DNA from: a virus
Lineage: Duplodnaviria > Heunggongvirae > Uroviricota > Caudoviricetes
DNA: 46,824 nt
IMG/VR virus record: IMGVR_UViG_3300020156_000003
Span: 1 to 46,824 of that record
Direction: 5' to 3' (one strand)
A model generated the notes under the pieces. The model saw only the letters and a list, made by a program, of their open reading frames with translations. It had not been told where the DNA came from and did no database searches. Both the position numbers and the translations under genes were made by a program. Positions 43,368 through 46,824 of this stretch are shown piece after piece; within the stretch, counting starts at the first letter, position 1; the number at the start of each line of letters is the position of its first letter.

Positions 43368-46300
43368 ATGGCGCAGCTCAAGCAAGTCGTATCGGTTACA
43401 CAAGGCAGTCAGCAGGTCGTCATCTCCGGTGTCGACCTGGCTTCCCGCATCAAGAAGAACCATATCTTCATGGTGGAGGGGGCGCTCGTACCTTATACCG
43501 TGGCCGATGACGCGACCTACAACGGCGCCAACACGCTAGTGACGCTGACCGGCGCATACGCGCAGTTGACGAACGCAAGCGCCTCGGGCGTCTTCGTGAC
43601 CGACTACACCTATCCGGATCTGATTCCGACGATCTCGCAAGGGGATGTAGGTACCGCCGCGATCTTCACGAAGGCGATGTACCGGATCCAGGACATGATC
43701 AAGGTCGTCAGTCCCACAGGATTGCAGGAGTACGTCGACTTGGCGAACCAAGTGGCCGCAGATCGCACGGCAGTGGCGACACTTAAGACGCAGGTGGAGA
43801 CGGATCGGGCGGCAGTTGAAGTGGCCGCGTCGGTTGTTGAGGCTGCACAGGCAGCGGCGACGACCGCCAAGAATGACGCACAGGCGGCAAACACTGCTGC
43901 GCAGGCTGCCAAGACCGCTGCCGAGGCGGCGTCGTCCAGCGCCCAATCCGCAAAGACAGACACCGAGGCGGCCGCAGCCGGCGTCATCAACAGCGCCACC
44001 CTCGCGACAAGCGCCAAGACGGCGGCGGAGACAGCTCGCGACGCGGCTGTGGTGGCGAAAACGGCCGCCGAGACTGCCCGCGACGAGACGCAAACCTATC
44101 GGGGCGATGCGCAGGCGGCAGTCGCGCAGGTGCAGACCGACAAGGAAACCGTGACGTCCGCGGCATCCCAGGCGCTCGCGTCGGCAAATAACGCGTGGAC
44201 GTATCGCGGCGAGGCGCTTGCGGCGCGCGCAGATGCGGTCGGCGCAGCGGAAGACGCTGTGGATGCGAGTGCGGAAGCGCTCACGTATCGCAACGACGCT
44301 CAGGCGGCGAAGACCGCCGCAGAAGCGGCGAACACAAATGCGCAGACGGCCAAGGGGGCAACGGAAGCTGCCCGCGACACTGCTGTGGCGGCAAAGACGG
44401 CCGCAGAGACGGCGAAGACCGATCTGGAGGCGGCGCGCGATGCCGCTGTGGCAGCAAAGACAGCGTCGGAGACGGCGAAGTCGGCGGCGGAAATCGCAAA
44501 GACTGCCGCCGAGACGGCAAAGACGGGCGCCGAAACCGCAGCAAGCAACGCCGCCAACAGCGCAAGTGCAACACAGACGATTGTTGCCGCCCTCGACGCG
44601 GCGCTGATCTCAATCCGCGCCCGCTCGCTTGGCGCATTTTCGACCGCGACCGAGCCGGTGGTAGACGGCAACGGCAACGCGCTCACGGAAGGCGATGAAT
44701 ACTTCAACACCGACACGAACAAGTGGCGTGTGTGGATTGATCCGACGGGATGGGAAGATCAGGACGCAGACGCCCAGGCGGCAATGCAGAACGCGCAGGC
44801 GTCTGCCGCCAACGCTGCCGCTTCCGAGGCGTCTGCGCTAACTTACAAGAACAACGCGCAGTCCTTCGCGGCGACGGCAGAAGGGCATAAGAATGCCGCG
44901 GCCGAAAGCGCGACGAGCGCAGGGACGGCCGCGAATGCGGCGGGCGGCCACGCGGACGCTGCCTCGGCCAAGGCTGGCGAGGCGTCCGCCTCCGCAACGC
45001 TCGCCCAGGATTGGGCAACCAAGACGACCGGCCCCGTCTCGGGCGCCGAGTATAGTGCGAAGAAGCACGCCCTGGATGCTGCGGCCAGTGCCGCAGCAGC
45101 AGCGGCTTCCGCAGGACAGGCGGCGTCGGGCCAGGTGAATGCAGATTGGACTGAGGCCAATCCGGCCTCGAAAGCCTACATTCAGAACAAGCCTGCCCTT
45201 GCGGCGGTCGCTACGAGCGGAGCGATGGCTGATGTGACTGGACTGGCTGATGCCCTTGCAGGGAAAGCAGATGATGCCCATGCCCACACCATCTCTGATG
45301 TGACTGGACTGGTTGACGCCCTTGGTCTGAAGGCTGACAAGTCGAACACCTACACCAAGGATGAGACGGATGCGGCTATTGCCGGTGTACTTGATGCCGC
45401 TCCTGAAACGCTCAACACGTTGAATGAGTTGGCGGCTGCTCTTGGTGATGATCCGAACTTCGCTACCACTGTAGCGAATCAAATCGGCACCAAGATGGAC
45501 AAGTCGGGTGGCACCTTCACCGGCCCCGTCACCCTGGCTAATGGAAGGCTGCGGTCGACGGGTACGTTCAATGTGGACGGAAGCGCCCCGAACGCATCCG
45601 GACACGATGACGGATTGTATGTTGCTGACCTTGGCACCACTTCGGGTACAACTGGCAACCCCACTTATGTGCCTGCTATTGTCGGTCGGCTTAGCAGCAC
45701 TCGCAACATCGCTCTTTCCTTCGATGACCAGGGTTACTTGTGGGGGTTCCGCAGCCACACCACTGGCACAGAATGGAAGTGGCAATCCAAGGCGAAGTAT
45801 GCCGACCGATTGACATCGGCTCGCACAATCAATGGCGTAACCTTCGACGGCAGCGCCAATATCACGCTTTCCAAAGCAAACATTGGACTTGGCAATGTCG
45901 ATAACACCAGCGATGCGGACAAGCCAGTATCGACTGCGATGCAAACAGCCTTGAACGGCAAAGCTGATAAGTCAGAATCCGCTACATTCCTTGCTTTGTC
46001 GTTGGCTACTACTAGTGGGCAGACGTACACTGTGACCGGCAGCGACGAGACACTTGAGCAGTACCGCAACAAGTTCATTGTTATTGGCAACAACACGCTC
46101 AATCTCAACGGGGTAGGTTTCCCTGACGGGTGGAAGTGCCGCGTCTTCCTTAACACTAATTCGGCCAACTCCAAGCTGCAAATTGCTGGAGTCGATCAAC
46201 TTGCCACGCGCACACAACCTGCACATGTGGAGGTCGTATCACGGAATGGAACTTTGACGCTGTACCGTCTTATGCATGACAGTACGTTGTTTGGTACCTC

Positions 46301-46577
46301 TAATCCCGCCGCCCTCGGCGCGGCTGCACCTGGAACTTCGATCTATGCCGCCAGGGCAGACCATGTACATGCGATGCCGACTGCGGCAGACCTGGGAACC
46401 TATACGGCTTCCGAGGTTGACGGGGTGCTTGGCGCAATCTCTGGCCCTCTCACCGAGACTCAGTTGCAGAACCTCTCTGCGATTTCTTCGGCCATCAATG
46501 ATGACCCGAACTTCGCCGCCAACATTACGGCACAACTCGGTGACATCGAAGCCGCACTCGCAGCTATTCTCGCCTAA
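43368..46577 (+). CDS. Long side tail fibre with Ala/Thr-rich coiled repeats
   Basis: AKTAAETA repeats; APETLNTLNELAAALGDDPNFATT and GNVDNTSDADKPVSTA fibre motifs; SD AGGTGG. Confidence 0.85.
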   Translation: MAQLKQVVSVTQGSQQVVISGVDLASRIKKNHIFMVEGALVPYTVADDATYNGANTLVTLTGAYAQLTNASASGVFVTDYTYPDLIPTISQGDVGTAAIFTKAMYRIQDMIKVVSPTGLQEYVDLANQVAADRTAVATLKTQVETDRAAVEVAASVVEAAQAAATTAKNDAQAANTAAQAAKTAAEAASSSAQSAKTDTEAAAAGVINSATLATSAKTAAETARDAAVVAKTAAETARDETQTYRGDAQAAVAQVQTDKETVTSAASQALASANNAWTYRGEALAARADAVGAAEDAVDASAEALTYRNDAQAAKTAAEAANTNAQTAKGATEAARDTAVAAKTAAETAKTDLEAARDAAVAAKTASETAKSAAEIAKTAAETAKTGAETAASNAANSASATQTIVAALDAALISIRARSLGAFSTATEPVVDGNGNALTEGDEYFNTDTNKWRVWIDPTGWEDQDADAQAAMQNAQASAANAAASEASALTYKNNAQSFAATAEGHKNAAAESATSAGTAANAAGGHADAASAKAGEASASATLAQDWATKTTGPVSGAEYSAKKHALDAAASAAAAAASAGQAASGQVNADWTEANPASKAYIQNKPALAAVATSGAMADVTGLADALAGKADDAHAHTISDVTGLVDALGLKADKSNTYTKDETDAAIAGVLDAAPETLNTLNELAAALGDDPNFATTVANQIGTKMDKSGGTFTGPVTLANGRLRSTGTFNVDGSAPNASGHDDGLYVADLGTTSGTTGNPTYVPAIVGRLSSTRNIALSFDDQGYLWGFRSHTTGTEWKWQSKAKYADRLTSARTINGVTFDGSANITLSKANIGLGNVDNTSDADKPVSTAMQTALNGKADKSESATFLALSLATTSGQTYTVTGSDETLEQYRNKFIVIGNNTLNLNGVGFPDGWKCRVFLNTNSANSKLQIAGVDQLATRTQPAHVEVVSRNGTLTLYRLMHDSTLFGTSNPAALGAAAPGTSIYAARADHVHAMPTAADLGTYTASEVDGVLGAISGPLTETQLQNLSAISSAINDDPNFAANITAQLGDIEAALAAILA

Positions 46578-46588
46578 AGGAATTACAC

Positions 46589-46824
46589 ATGACCATCGCT
46601 GATCAACTGCTCGCACTGAACACTGTCAAGCAGAACATCAAGACTGCTATCGAAGCAAAGGGAGTGACTGTTGGCGCTGCTCCCTTCACTGACTATCCGA
46701 CGAAAATCTCCGAGATCCCCGTTGGCGATCCGGCAGAAGCTATACCGACAGTTACCCCTTGGGCAAGACCAGCGGATTGGCTGGCTTTGCCTGCCATAAC
46801 GCAAGCGGAGAGCAAGTTCGTTGG
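46589..46824 (+). CDS. 5' part of a further tail-fibre-associated protein (truncated by window)
   Basis: SD AAAGGA; MTIADQLLALNTVKQNIKTAIEAKGV...WARPADWLALP. Confidence 0.7.
   Translation, partial: MTIADQLLALNTVKQNIKTAIEAKGVTVGAAPFTDYPTKISEIPVGDPAEAIPTVTPWARPADWLALPAITQAESKFV

Larger units (their letters stand above)
1..46824. mobile_element. Segment of a temperate siphovirus / probable phage-plasmid (SSU5/pHCM2-like head module)
   Basis: Contiguous TerS-TerL-portal-scaffold-capsid-connector-tail tube-TAC-TMP-Dit-gpL-NlpC-gpJ-fibre gene order with no host housekeeping genes. The similarity to SSU5-like elements is from recall of MCP/TerS/wHTH sequences, not a database search. Confidence 0.9.

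Noticed and set aside
43368-46824. Diversity-generating retroelement targeting the fibres
   Set aside because: No reverse transcriptase or template/variable repeat pair in the window

Overview
The whole window is one contiguous piece of a high-GC (about 60-65% by eye) temperate siphovirus or phage-plasmid; no host chromosomal genes, integrase, rep/parA, lysis cassette, tRNA, rRNA or CRISPR array were seen. Bases 1-8.3 kb carry small rightward early/accessory genes, including a protein-kinase-like gene, around a repeat-rich, largely non-coding stretch. Bases 8.5-14.3 kb carry leftward genes: a SLOG protein, five tandem paralogues, an RHH regulator, a LuxR-family gene flanked by two paralogous small ORFs, and an SF2 helicase. 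Bases 14.4-19.7 kb hold a ParB-ParB-SGNH-ABC ATPase-thioredoxin-GNAT-wHTH operon, and 20-46.8 kb a complete packaging, head and lambda-like tail module. From recall (needs BLAST), the capsid, TerS and wHTH proteins and the gene order resemble SSU5/pHCM2-like phage-plasmids. The most notable unexplained signals are: (1) the small ORF-luxR-small ORF module with a degenerate ligand pocket; (2) an 18-bp palindrome TAAGTCA-N4-TGACTTA at about 17 sites, mostly overlapping sigma70 promoters; (3) a translationally coupled array of five divergent paralogues; (4) a 17-bp-period repeat array followed by a 1.2-kb island free of GGCC/CCGG/CCWGG/GGNCC/CCNNGG; and (5) a second palindrome, CTTGGGACTCCCAAG, at two AT-rich loci 15 kb apart.
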